A DNA stretch of 59,160 nucleotides, filler included, from Dirinaria sp. TL-2023a (GCA_051941275.1; 8 parts of 8 records of this genome joined end to end with filler, not necessarily neighbours in it), one strand, 5' to 3'. Shown: positions 13,035 through 26,048, numbered from the whole stretch's first letter. Numbers and translations are program-made. The notes: generated by a model from the letters alone, not told the origin.

Positions 13035-14450
13035 TCAGCATTGACTAGTCTCAATATCTATTGTTTTCCTAATATTTCCTGCTACACATTCATGGTTGTG
13101 AGTATTCGCTCTCGGTGCACTATCATGTTTGATCGAAACTTCTTGAAGCGGAATATAACGTGCCCCAGGTTTCCATGTTGGATGGTCAATCTCGGCCCAC
13201 GGGGCGGCATCATTCAAAATTCGTGAACGAGATCCATTCTGCCGAGATCCACTCTGGCGAGAACGTTCTTTGGATGACGATGGCTGCTGATTGCTAGACT
13301 TGTTCTTCTGTCCTCGAAAAATCTGAAAGAACTTTGGTAGGAAAATCACTGAACCGCATAAGACGACCGTTGCGAGTTCGGCAAGGCTGCAAGGTTGGTC
13401 AGTATCTCAAAGAATGCACGAAAAGATAATACAGACCCCCATAATGCTACTTGCATGAATACGTATGTCGCATCCCGCGTTTGAGCCCATTTGACTGTGT
13501 AGCATAGGCGGACAACGCTCGCTATGCAAGCACTAGATTTCTCAGCCTGGCAGAGCCACTGCGAGAGATCACTCACAAAAGCCCCGTTGCAAACACTGCT
13601 CCAACACTGACCTTTCTCCGCAAAGGCATCTTCAACTGCCAGATGGCGTAAAGAGGGAGAGCTAAAATAAGCGAATCGGATAATACATTCCAGGCTCCGG
13701 TCACAATGAAATTTGCAGTTTCATTGAGGCAAGTCCCTGGAAGCAAGAAATTCCATATCTTGGCCCGCGGCCGACATTGCAAAATAACGACGAGAGTGTC
13801 GGCGAAATAAAAGAGAAAATTGCCCCAAATCAGTGCGTGGATGGACCAATAAACTATTCCAGGCTTTTTGGTAGGTGTAAAGATGTGCTTGTACTGAAGC
13901 AACACCGAGAGTTTCGCAAGCCATATGGTCGGGCCGTAGACAATCTCAATTACGTTCCCTAACTGCATTGCGGTATAAGCTCGAGCTGGGAATCGATAGC
14001 AACAAGGGATTGCTGCCACCTTACCAGGCCTATTCTGATAATGCTTGCGACGGATACGTTCCACTGATGACGACCGGCTCCGGCATTCCCAATGGCTATG
14101 GCTATGCCGCAGTACGTTACAAATCCGACCTGCTGCCCTATCAGCGCTTGAAGAGTGGATTTTTTTATGTGCCGTCGAGTCGCACCCAACAAGCAGTAGA
14201 CGTATCTACATCAGAGGGAGTTAGCAAAGGTCAATGGTACAGGTGGAAGAATCTGACAGTCTTCTAGCTTCATCTTCTTATCGAATCGAAACCGGACAAT
14301 CAAACGCGCCGTCATCAGCAGCGTGGTCAAGACGACGCAGAGGGCCACAGTACCCAGAAGCGCATCATTCTGTGGGTTGTGGATGTTGAAATTCGATGTC
14401 TCCCCTGGAGGTGGCGGGAGTCCCGGCTGTTCGCTCAGCGGAACGTCCAT
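13035..14450 (-). CDS. PTH11-like (non-CFEM) fungal rhodopsin-domain integral membrane protein, multi-exon
   Basis: PGLPPPPGETSNF N-terminus, ARLIVRF..KLED, LAKLSVLLQY, QCRPRAKIWN..GTC, NVLSDSLILALP..IWQLKMPLRRKVSV..VFATG, ACIASVVRL. Confidence 0.85.
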
Positions 14451-14786
14451 TCCGACCCGTAAGTCTGCGCGGATTGTTCCGGTGATAATTTCGGGCTCTA
14501 ATCTGTGGAGTAGATATTTTACAGTTTACTCTATCATCTATCTCAGGATTGACTTTTGACAATCTCACTCCCTCTTCCCGTACTCGCTCTAAGTATTGCG
14601 CCGTGCTTTGTAACCAGCTCGTTTCAGGACCTATCTCTCTTTGTTCGGTCTTGGGGGCTTCTGTGCGACAGGGTATAGCAGAAGTTGGAGGTTCGGTAGG
14701 ATAGGGAAGGGGGACCGGCAATGGCAGGGAGGTTGGTGAGGTATGGCCGGACAAGTACTTATTCCTCCCCCGTCCCCTTTCTCCCC

Positions 14787-14886
14787 NNNNNNNNNNNNNN
14801 NNNNNNNNNNNNNNNNNNNNNNNNNNNNNNTTAATTAATTAANNNNNNNNNNNNNNNNNNNNNNNNNNNNNNNNNNNNNNNNNNNN
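14787..14886. other. Artificial contig linker
   Basis: N44-TTAATTAATTAA-N44. Confidence 0.99.
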
Positions 14887-15160
14887 GTTCCGCTCAACAC
14901 CTGAGCCCGCGCCTACGAAAATGAATCTCATCACTCCTCCTTTTCACATATCCTTCAAAGTGTCAGTGTGACATCCCGGTTCCTGTGTGTTGAATGTAGT
15001 GTGTAGATCTTACTTACAACACCCATATTGGTGGTAAATCATTTTTGTATATCAACCTCCAGAATCCCTCTCTTCCGAAGAAAGTATCTCGCATCTCCAA
15101 TTCTCTCAAAGTCACGTTTGAGCAGAGCAGAAGAAGAACAAGATCCCACAAAAATCGACC

Positions 15161-16438
15161 ATGGCGGATAAGAAAGCTCAACATACTGTTGAGCAAACGA
15201 AACCAAAAGGGATAATTACTAAAGATTCCGATCATACGAATCAAACGACTGGCTCGAGGTCTCAAACGGGTAATAGGAGCGCCAAGCAAGCACCTGTTTA
15301 TCAAGCGCATGAAAAGCCGGTAGTAAGGATGAGTGAATGCAGACGAAACCCGGCTTTACGACAGTCTGAAGCCGCGGCAGCTACTTCGGACAAAGCTCCA
15401 ATCGCGCAGGCTGAAACTTTCTCCGCCTCTACAACGCAAGCCACTTCGTCTCAAACCCATTGCCAGGCACCGGCAGAGCAGCCTGTCGAACTCTTTCCTT
15501 CAGAAGCCGAGTTCCGTGCGCAAATCCCACGGGACGGTATCGCGCCGTACGATCTCTGGCTCAAATACAAACACCTCATCGTGAATAAAGATATTATATA
15601 CCAATACGAGGAACTTGTCTACGCCACCACGCGCTACCACACGAAGGACAAAGTGTTAGTTGCGCGGATTCCAGACTTGGGTCCTTCTCTGCCCTCAGAG
15701 GCCGAAGTTCGAGCTCGGATTCCGCCCAACGATATCTTGCTCGACGACCTGCTTTCCGTGTATCGGGTTTCTTATTTGGATGCTGAACGACGAGAGCGGT
15801 TTATCCGAATGTTGGACGGCGTCGCGAGGTACGACAAAGAACTGGATTTGTACTTGCCATTGCCGCCTCTCCCCTCCGCGGATGAGCTGGAATCAAGCAT
15901 CCCGCCAACGGGCCTTTCGCTCGAGACCTTACTGAACATTTTCGGCGTCACTTTTGTTGATTCGAAGCGGCACGAGGACTTCATGAAACTGTTGGACCGC
16001 TTCACGAGGTACGAGGAAGAGTTGGATTTGTACCTGCCGTTGCCGCCTCTGCTGCCTTCTGGGGATGAGCTCATGTCCCGAATCCCGCCCGACGACATCC
16101 CGCTCGATACTTTGCTGACCCAATATCGGATTGCGTATGTGAACTATCATCCGTACCAGGCGTTCGTGGAGATACTGGACCGCGTCGCGCAGCACGATGT
16201 CGAGAGCGATTTGTACTTGCCGTTGCCTCTGCTTCCTTCGGCCGCTGCGCTTCGATCGAAAATCCCGCCTGAAGGAATCTCGGTACGAGACATAATAATG
16301 ATGTACAAATATGTTTTCGTTGGAGATGATGGAAATGCACGGAGGACGGCGTTCACCTCGTTGTTGAAGGCGAACACGAGGTACGACAAAGAGCGGAGGC
16401 TGCTGATGCCATTGGAGAGTGCACAGGAAGCTTCCTAG
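15161..16438 (+). CDS. Hypothetical 425-aa protein: disordered N-terminus plus five tandem ~60-aa repeats (putative TFIIF-alpha C-terminal winged-helix-like)
   Basis: Intact single-exon ORF; repeat consensus LPSxxELxxxIPPxGIxLxxLLxxY...xxFxxLLxxxxRYDxExxLYLPLP; repeats also visible in the DNA (GATTTGTACTTGCC-like motif near 15845, 16025, 16208). Confidence 0.8.
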   Translation: MADKKAQHTVEQTKPKGIITKDSDHTNQTTGSRSQTGNRSAKQAPVYQAHEKPVVRMSECRRNPALRQSEAAAATSDKAPIAQAETFSASTTQATSSQTHCQAPAEQPVELFPSEAEFRAQIPRDGIAPYDLWLKYKHLIVNKDIIYQYEELVYATTRYHTKDKVLVARIPDLGPSLPSEAEVRARIPPNDILLDDLLSVYRVSYLDAERRERFIRMLDGVARYDKELDLYLPLPPLPSADELESSIPPTGLSLETLLNIFGVTFVDSKRHEDFMKLLDRFTRYEEELDLYLPLPPLLPSGDELMSRIPPDDIPLDTLLTQYRIAYVNYHPYQAFVEILDRVAQHDVESDLYLPLPLLPSAAALRSKIPPEGISVRDIIMMYKYVFVGDDGNARRTAFTSLLKANTRYDKERRLLMPLESAQEAS

Positions 16439-17491
16439 GTAAATGACCTGACTCAGGGTGTTGCTCCATCTCGCCTTTTATGTGTAACAAGTTTTAGCGT
16501 GGTTCGGTTCCATGAAAGAAAGTTCTGATATCATAACATAAGGTTGAATTAGTACCATAATGCATGTTTGTTTAGTCAAGAGATTCTTCCCACGGCATTT
16601 CAAAACAAAGCTTTCATGTACTATCTTCAAAGACAAGCAGTCTGTTCTCTTTACTACAATGGCGTTGTGATGACTGTGTTACCAATAGTCAAAGTCCATG
16701 AAATGTAGCCCATGGGCCTCACCTGATCACGCTTCTGACAATAATGCAGTCTGCCGCTATGAGTCCATATCTCCAAAATTCGATATTCTTGCCACTGCTG
16801 AGAAACGGTCGGGACTTGGAGGATGGAAAAAAAATGAAAGTCGTCAATGGTAAAAGCGAATTTGAGGACAAAGAGATTTTGAAGGACCTTGAGGAGGCTG
16901 AGGCTGCGAGGCTGCGAGGCTAGCTCTCAAAGTCTAAGATACCAGAGGTGAAGATGTGAATGTGGATTACTGAATGGTTGATGACCGGTCACACTGTGCT
17001 CTCTTTTAGCACCCAATTCTTTCATGCCTCCCTGATCTTCCAGTAGCCGCATACTTCACATGTGGGCTCATGCCAAGAACACGGTGCTCCTTGGAGATGA
17101 CTCATGGATGATAGGGACCATGATGGATCTAAATACATACAAATGGCACGGATATTATCCCTTTTTCTCCTCTTTTGCCCCATCATTGGCCCTACTCGCA
17201 AAGCATCAAATGCCTGCACAGGCTTAAAACTGGGAGTGTTTGGGAATGCTGAGAGTAGAAAACACAACAAGTATGCCATCAATGTAACAGGAAAGATGTG
17301 GCTACATCAAGTATCCTGAGGTCATAGACTAGGACCTTTACCGCATAAGACGCAGCACCTTTCGGTAGAGTGCAGATGTTGGAATAGCTTATACCATCGA
17401 GAAACACCAGGTAGGCCATGTCTGCGATAGGAATAGTGGGAGTCTATGGAATTAGAGTCGTAAGTTGGCATTTGTTGTAAGCCGGTGTTTT

Positions 17492-19748
17492 CTACAAGAG
17501 GCTCGCCGGAGTCGCAACGGTTGGTGACATTTGCGGGCTCTCAGAGATCGGGGTTGGCGGCAATGACCGATTCAGGTCAAGCGGCTTGCGCATGTATGAA
17601 GCATATATTGCTTCTTCCAGATTCGATGTGACATTGGACTTGACTTCGGAACCAGAGTCTCTTGGCCGATTCGACGCGTCTATCACACTTTCGACACCTG
17701 AAGGATTGAAAGGTGATGAATTGTTCGTCTGACTGTTTCTTGAAATTCTTGTGGAGATGTAAATGCACCCACTCCTGGCCTTGCCCGTATTTATATTGCT
17801 TTCAGAGCCTCGGCGGATGCTCACTTCAGTCCCGATACGCGAATGTGTGTCTGTGGTTCCCAAATTGGCATTTTTACTAGCAGAGGAGAGATTTCCGGCA
17901 AACAACTCCACAATTCCGCTACCTGGTGCTTCACGGATGTCTCGTATTAAGCTATTGTTGCCAATCTCTCGAGCAGGCATGTCAATAGATACCCGTGGCC
18001 CCCCAGATAGCTCGTTTTGTTCTACATAGTCGCGGCCAATTCTAGTTTCTTCCTGCCTTCTGCGACGACGTCGTACCCTCCAGACTATAAGGACGACTAG
18101 CACCACAATAATCAATAAAAGCGAGCCAGCTCCAATGCTCGCACCTATAATAGTAATGTTTTGTTGGGAAGCGGGCTTAACGGTTGACGCGGTTGCGGAC
18201 GGGCTAGGATTGACTTTGGCAGGGACGCTATCTGTAGATGGTATTGGCACTAGCTCGCTAGGGGCGTTCTCGTCAAATCGGCTTTGTGAGACTGAAAAAT
18301 TGGACCGTTCATAATCAGTGATAAGGTATCTGATCAGGTAGGGTCAGCAAGGATTTCTCTCGCAAGAAAAACTAGTTAGACAAACGCTTCTTGCAAGAAA
18401 GTCCGACCCAAAGTATATTGCGATTCGTTGACAGCTTGTTGTAAGGGGAAATAGCGAGTACTTTTATTTTCGAAAGGATATTTAACTTCGAGGTCGAAGC
18501 TTGCGTACGGGAGGACAACCTCTACAGTCGGGCCTTTGGCGGTTGTATCTCCAATACTGAAGGTAAATGTAAGATTCGAGGATATCAGGCTCTCATGAAG
18601 AGTATCATTGACCCAGTACATTTGCTCATCTTCATTCCACGATAAGCCAAGCGTGCTTTCGAATCGCTCACACGCTTCGTAGGGAAGATATATATAGGGC
18701 AATGTTGAATCAATGAAAGTAAGAATCGGACTTGGCAACAGGGAGCGCTGCTGGGTATTCGAATGGTTTGTGCTTGTGGAAACGATCGAATTCAAACCAA
18801 CGACGAGATCTCGTGTGGCATCAGAGGCCAAAGACATAGACACATTGTTCTGTATCAAACGTGAACCATCGTAGCCGCCAAAAGTAAGGCTTCCAAAGAA
18901 CCCCTTGGACTCTAGGAGAGGTCAGCTGTTAGTCAATCTGCACTTGTGACGGATGAAACAGGTAGTCGTCTTGACGTCGCATCATCTATCATTCTATCTT
19001 TAGGACCGAGTTTCAAGCGGATGGAGCACGCATCATATCCATCAACATAAAATCAATGTACGATGTATGGGTGATTTCACTGAGCTCAAGATAAACTTAC
19101 GATACGGAGCACCTGCGGTGTATGCCCATGACAGACTTGGAATCAGATTCTCATTCCTCATCGCAGTCAGAAAGCTGGGATGTACATCAGTGAAGTTGCT
19201 GATGTTGGTGCCCTGATGTCCCAAGCCAAAAACGCCTAGATAAAAATCATACGGCGCAAAAGCTGAGACAACTTGAGAATGGATCGTGGGTCCACCGATC
19301 ACATCAGTAAATCCCAAAGCTACCGTGTCGAGACCTAAAGAAGCGGAATCGTCGTAGCCAAGGTTTACGTCCAGGTCCATCGTGTAGTTGCCGAAAGCCT
19401 TCCAAGAGCCCGATCGCGCTGGGTCAAAAACACCGCCGCGTGCCTGGCTGCATGACATCGGCTGTGAGGTTCCATTAGGGCATCCATCAGGGCTTACAGC
19501 CCATATCTGCTGGCCTGCGGTAGATGGTAGGACACGAATCACCTGTTCTGGGCTGCCAACTCGCAAGGCGAACGACGACCAAGAGCCGTCATCCCCATCC
19601 CTCAAACAATTGTTAGGTCTTCCTTAAACACTTTGCTTGTGAAGCTGTTCGGTCTCTTGTAGGTCAAGGAAGCATGATAACAGTATCTTAACAGACTTTG
19701 GACTTACCACCACTGAGATGGAGGCCAAGAAATCGGTCCAGGCACCAT
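17492..19748 (-). CDS. Pepsin-like (peptidase A1 fold) type-I membrane protein, probably catalytically inactive; start uncertain
   Basis: WDGDDGSWSSFALRVGSPEQVIRVLPSTAG, IPSLSWAYTAGAPY, GSLTFGGYD, FIDSTLPY, YTLGRTFLQEA; TM IIGASIGAGSLLLIIVVLVVLIVW followed by RRRRRRR; cytoplasmic tail. Confidence 0.8.
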
Positions 19749-21342
19749 TTTTGAAAATTGTAATGATGGTAGGGCTCAGAAAGGGTTGAAGATGATTCGA
19801 GATCGAACGGACGATATTTCGGTTGAGAAAGAATTAGTCAGGTCTAGAGCCTACATGAGAAGAATGAAGAAAAGCCTTTTAATCATTTAATGTGCCCATA
19901 TTTGACTTGAATGTCGCTGCTCTCGCCGTAAGTCGGAGATGAAGATGTCACAGAATCCTTACGGATTTATTACTCTTTTGCTACCTGATACTTTATCTTT
20001 CGTTTGCGCCACCCTGAGGTGCCTTGTCCACTTTCATCAAATAACAGGACCCTTCTACGTACTGCGGCATACAGACAGTGATACATGGGGCCAAAAATAC
20101 GAGAATATGGCAAGAGATCGCCAGGTTCTGTCAGGGCAACACGCCAGTACGCCTTGCCATGTAAGGCAACCAATACATCCGCAATTCTGCGGTACGGGAA
20201 AAGTCTGACACCAGCAACTTAACCTACACAAATCGATCACTTTATCGGGGAACTGATTCATGTTCCTCTACATTATATTCCTCTACCGATCTATTAGCCA
20301 AAGTTCGTCTTTGTCTATGAGCGAGTCCAGGCACATTGTGCATAGAGCGGCGCTACATATATAATTTTGAAATTTCATAAGGACGGCTTCCAATCCATGG
20401 GCGCTCGGAAAGCTGCACTTCTGCTTGTAGCAAGCACCGCCCACCTCATCTTCAGCTGTCTGGCCCCTGCATCGTATGCTGAAAGTTTCGGGATCATTAT
20501 CGTATGCGCTCAAACAGTTTCTATAGGCAACCCCAGAAACACAAGTTCAATCATCAATTCAGCCTCGCACTAGATCTTCATCTAGAAACAGCAGCAAATT
20601 TAAGTGTTCATGTTACGCTTTGAAAGGCCATATTTCGCGTGGCATATGCATAAGTCACATTCATTCCCACTTCCAAGCGCTGATTGTCGAGGAAGGATCT
20701 AGGTCCAGGTTACGTGTAAAAGAAATTTTCTTTACACGGTTTATGTGCAAAACAAATGATGGCCTTGTCGTTGCTAATTAAAGCCGTACAACTCTGTCGA
20801 ACACCCTTGATATAGTCGGTCTTCGGTCTTCAATCGAGTCATTTCTATCTAGAAACATTCTATCCGATGACAGTCGATCAGGGGCGGATTTTCGGCCTAT
20901 GGCAGCCATATTTGTTACACTTGGTTCCCGCGCCGCAGATATGTGCATAACTGTTGTTCAGTCTTGTCGCACAACCCCTTTTGTCATTTTGCTGCTGTGC
21001 CTAGTCCTTTCCACCGTTCTCATTTATTTTGAAATTATCAGCATCACGCAATTTATAAAGCTAGGTCAAGATACGATCTGGCGTCCTTAAAACAAAGCAT
21101 CAAGACCTCCCAGCGTGTGAGTCTACCTTCATATTGATGTCTTCGGTACCATAGTCCTACCATACTCTAAAACTAGTCATACTTTCTTACCTTACTGACT
21201 TCGTCCCTTCATTGAAAGTTTCTCTCTAGAAATATCAACTAACATTTGACTGCTAGACACTCTCGACTATCAGCCACTAGCGCATTCTATACCGCGGAGC
21301 GTGTACTTCATCATTGCGCCAGTCCGTCCTTGGAAGATAGCC

Positions 21343-21630
21343 ATGCCAACAAGGTCGACTCTACCTTTTCATCTCCGACTTCTCATTGCATTGATGTTTA
21401 TTGGGATCGTGAGCGCCTTGCCGCGGGCGAACTTCTCCATCTCTCACAACAATGGCACCAAACCCTTACTTAATGGTGGAGCGTCATTCACAGCACCTGC
21501 GGCAGTAGTGGCGTCAGCATCTTTGACACCACTGATATATTATAATGGGGGCTTTTTAATAAATTCTGTAAAACAGGTGTCCGGATCTTCGAAGCCTGGG
21601 AGACCCTGTGGACATCATTGCCCACATTAG
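21343..21630 (+). CDS. Possible small secreted protein
   Basis: MPTRSTLPFHLRLLIALMFIGIVSA|LP looks like a signal peptide; N-glycosylation sequons NFS, NGT; no recognisable domain. Confidence 0.3.
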   Translation: MPTRSTLPFHLRLLIALMFIGIVSALPRANFSISHNNGTKPLLNGGASFTAPAAVVASASLTPLIYYNGGFLINSVKQVSGSSKPGRPCGHHCPH

Positions 21631-22187
21631 ACGTCGCACAAACCTCGGCAGAAGCACCGACGTCCAACGACATGAGCATCACAAGAGATGGTCAACCCAG
21701 CACCAACCAGTATCCCTCAAGATCTGCCACAAATCTTCTGCAGAGGTCGAACAGCACCAGATGGTACCGGCACAAAGGATGATTATAAATCCGATCCAAT
21801 GTTTCCTATAAGATATGGCGATTTTGCTTTTGCTTTTGCTTTGCGAGGCAGATCATTCTTTTGTCCTTAGATGCTACGGCAGAGCCATGGTTTTGTTGCG
21901 CTGTTCTTTGTTTTTGTATCGCTAAGATTTTCCTAAATGTAATCTAGATCACCCCCGATTGCTAGAAAAACCGCACGGCTAGCTCGAACAAAGTGTGTCC
22001 CATAGCAACTCCTACATGCAATTCATATCGATCCAAGAGGGATCGACCCAGAGACTTGGGGACAAGAGTTTGTTCCCTAGCAAGTGCAAATCAGCACAGC
22101 ATAATCCGTTATACGGGATATCTCGGCTTAAATGAGCCCGAGCAGGAGACCCCATAACCGCCGCATATATGAGGCACAGAAACGGGT

Positions 22188-22287
22188 NNNNNNNNNNNNN
22201 NNNNNNNNNNNNNNNNNNNNNNNNNNNNNNNTTAATTAATTAANNNNNNNNNNNNNNNNNNNNNNNNNNNNNNNNNNNNNNNNNNNN
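22188..22287. other. Artificial contig linker
   Basis: N44-TTAATTAATTAA-N44. Confidence 0.99.
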
Positions 22288-23240
22288 ACGATGAATGTGG
22301 CCGACCGACTACTGGTTACTTATACAAGCTGAGTCGCTGAGGAAACAAGTTTCGAAATATTGTATTTGGGATTTTTTGGGACGAAGTTGTTCATTGGTTT
22401 CATGGCCTTGGCAGACTGGGGGGGGGGCGCTTACCCGGCTTAGGAGGATTAACATGGAACTGCCCTGCTAAGCGCGTTGGTATGAAACATACGTGTACTA
22501 GTACTATTTCCGCTAGATTTGTGAGATCCTTCCATGCACAAGCCGCGGCTGATTGCGTACCTTAGTGGCTTTTCGCATGTCCTTACCTTGATTCTGTAGA
22601 TAAGTCAGAGGACGGTCTATCTGCAGTGGGATGATTTTCTATGGCCGCAACAGTCGGGTTCTATTGCTTCGAACTAGTTCTTGCAATAATGTGAGAAGAC
22701 TATCAATATTGCGTCTTCAACCATCAATCTTGTATCATCTCTAATCAGTGAATGCATTTAATGCTGCATTCTTGGAAGGCCTTTCGGGTCAGATTCAGAA
22801 CTCACGTCACAGGCTCCAGGGTCCCATCCCTCGGTGTCGTGATCAACTCACTTCAACTGCACGTCTCCTAGCAGTCTCTATCGCGACCTTGCTAGGTTGA
22901 AAGCAAACGCGGCCTCCGGAGTAGATCAGAAATGTAAGGCTGTGAACTAGTCCATAAGGTCATCATAGAGTCTGCAGCATTTGCAAATTGCGGTGTATGA
23001 CGAGACAGTCGGCGGCACCGTGAAATTTTGGGTTACGGAAGTTCTGCGTCCAATTGTGCGCTTGTTACACCCTCAGAATCCTCCGCTGGACTCTGCCAGC
23101 AATTGCTGTTCATACTTGTCCACAAGCGAGTTTGCTTTCGGATGTTGGAGACAAGATATCACGACCATGCAGTTTCTTCAACGCAACAGCTGACAGCATT
23201 TGAAGCCAATATACCATTGCATCTATCACAAGGCCGGCCC

Positions 23241-24940
23241 TCAGAATTCCATAGGGTCACCATCTTCCCTTTCTCTTTTGATACCCTTCTGTTCTCTTAG
23301 GATCGCCGCGACGTGAGCCCTGAAATACTCCACATAAGGTTTCAAGCTTGTCTTCTCATAATCCTGCGTCTTCTTGAGCTCATCGTCTCCATCTAGTTTC
23401 TTACTGGCTGAATCCCAAGCATCGATTTCACCAAGCAGTTCTGTCACAGTGGGAACACCCAAGGGGTCAAATTTATCTAGCCTTCTGACGTCAATGGGCA
23501 CACAAACCCGCCCCGTGCCCGGATGGATAACAAAAGGCGACTTCAAAAGATGTATCTGCTTCTTGCTGACCTCGACATCCAGGCGAGGGTACGTGAACTC
23601 GAGCACGATATCCTGCTTCGCCTCTAGCAATGCTTTGCGGTCCAGGGAGTTGCTCGTTCCCGTCTTCGCAAGAGCATCGATATCGGCCCATTTGCTTGAA
23701 CTGGAGCGTCCGGGCGCTGAATCCCATTTCTTCCTTAGCGCCTCATTCAACGCTTTGTCAGGGAGGAGCTGTAGTAGACGTTCGGCCTTGGCGTTGTCTG
23801 CCCATGGATTCTGGTCCTCGAGGATGTCCTTCTGAAAGTAGCCCTTAAGTATATCGAGGCTGCGTCTGCGAGGCTGTGGATCAGAGAGAGGGAGGAAACT
23901 GGCTTCAAGAAAACTTACCCTAGGTGAGGGTGCAGTTCGCCACCAAACGTTCTCTTCAAATTGACCTTCTTACCACTCTGTGAGCCACCTTTCACCACCT
24001 CCAAATATCCCGCAAGAGCTTTCCGTCGCTGGTCATCCATTGTGCGCGCTCTTTTGTCACTGATCCATGCGTGAGCGCCTCTGCGGCCGGAGTATACCCA
24101 CACTATGTGCTCAAAGCCAAAGTCTTCTCTTAATGTAGCATCTACAACCTTTATAGCCATCGTGACGAAGTTCCAGCACTTCTGGCATATATTGGCTTTT
24201 TCACAACATGTTCTTATTTCATCATAGTCCGTCAGATCTATGTCAAAGACTAGTTCTTTTTCTAGAGGCCGAAATGCGCTAGACTTCCTGAGTGTCCTCC
24301 GGTCGCGAGGGTTGGTGGTGTAGACCGGACCGATTTCAAATCGCGAAGGATTGAGGCGTAAAACTTCTTTGCGGAGCCTTTGACTAATTAGTGACTTATG
24401 GACTGCTGGCGGGGACGTAAAAGAGGTTTACAGATCAGCGGTAGGAAAAGATTGGTATCTTAGATAGGCCTCGTTTTGAAGCGTGAACGCAAACTCTCGG
24501 TGGCCAAAGTCATTCGACGGCTTGATGGAGTGATTGAGCCACTGAAACAGATAGCGGAACGGGAAAAGACGCTGGTAAAAGGCTAACATGACCTCTGGGT
24601 CCGAAGGCTTTGCAGACGGCGCAAGTTCGCTGAACAGAAGCTTTAGTACACTGAAACAGCTGCATGGAATTGCGCATTACAGCAGTGGTGCAGGCGGGCT
24701 ACTCTCCACCTTGCCATTTGTCGGTGCAGAGCTTTGAAATTCGTCGTCATCCTCATCATCGTTGAAAATATCCTCTAGCCTGACCTCAGATTTCGTACCA
24801 AGTTTTGCTTTGAGTCCGATGCTGTCAATGTCAGAGCCATAGCCTTCGGTGTTGTCAAGAGCGTCCAACGGAGCGTCTGTCAAAATACTATCTTCTTGTG
24901 CTATAGTTGGTGCGACTGGAGGCGATATTGAGTGAGGCAT
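23241..24940 (-). CDS. PRI1: DNA primase small (catalytic) subunit, multi-exon
   Basis: FYQRLFPFRYLFQWL, REFAFTL, PSRFEIGPVY, ELVFDIDLTDY, YSGRRGAHAW, YPRLDVEVS, HLLKSPFVIHPGTGRVCVP. Confidence 0.96.
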
Positions 24941-25021
24941 AGCGCTTAGGAGAATCGGAGTCTAGCTCTGGATGTTTAAAGCCAGATGATGAGGAAGGTT
25001 GTGCAGTAACATTAAGTTCAG

Positions 25022-25054
25022 ACGCGCCCAGGGCGACGCGTTGCGGAGAACGCG
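25022..25054. promoter_or_regulatory. MCB (MluI cell-cycle box) cluster upstream of PRI1
   Basis: ACGCG at 25022, ACGCGT at 25036-25041, ACGCG at 25050, about 80-115 nt upstream of the primase ATG; typical of G1/S replication genes. Confidence 0.6.
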
Positions 25055-26048
25055 CTTGCCGCTTCAGGCTAGTGCACGACTGCCCCGGCCTTGGCATTAT
25101 TGAAAGGACAGCAACCTCCTATGTACGACGATATCTGAGTCCAAAAATTCAGTTTGAGTTGGGCGTCGGTCTAAAAGTACACGATAAGGACATGGTATCG
25201 GAGCGTTCTAGTTCGCAGAATCCGAATTAGCAACCTATGACGCTGTCACCAACAGATATGCGTAGTAACCTACATTTTCGCCTCATGTGTTCGATATCAT
25301 TCTCCCGGTTATTCTCACGTGCTTCCTCGAGCATTGTATCAATGCCGCGCTCCTTAAGTGCTTTCTACAAGCTTGCAGATTAACACACATTGCTTTGGTT
25401 AGAAAGGCTCTATTCTATTAGAACACCTACGGTCAGACAAGTTTGATAGTCCTTGAATAGATGTGCACAGTCGTCTGCCGTAGAGTCGCCACGTAAAAAC
25501 TCTGGCTGTTCAGTAAAACCTCTAGTGAATGGGAATTTGGAGACTGTACTTTCACTGTACCATTTCAGGAAGCACGAGTCGTAGCGTCTAGGCGTTGCTT
25601 AGTCCGCAAACTGTAGAGGAGTAATGAGTAATTGCTTACTCTTTGACCTGGTGGCACTCAGGAGCAAGTGACGATGACATCTTGAATGTTTGATATGATG
25701 TTCAGCCACTCGTGCATGCCTTGACCGATGTATCTAGCAGTCGAGGCAATAAAAGGTTTCTGCGATGATGTGGCGTTAGCATCGCTTGATCTGATTAGAT
25801 AAGCTTCTTTGAAAGCCTGTTCGGCCCGTTGTTTCCGCAATCCGCGACTTTGAGACAAACATTCAGAACATTTGAAGGTGTCAGTGGCAACTACCTCAGT
25901 GAGGATAATTTCACTAGTCGGAACATTCCGTCCATTGCAAACAGGTTCATCCAACGTAGTGTTAGTGAGGATTTCTCACCTTCCGCCGCTGCAGAAAGAA
26001 ATCATTGCTAAACGGATTTTACTTGGTGCTGCACCCAAATGGCTGGCA

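Noticed and set aside
25660..25800. Possible box C/D snoRNA between PRI1 and RRP6
   Set aside because: No clean RTGATGA...CTGA pair with a terminal stem or identifiable guide sequence
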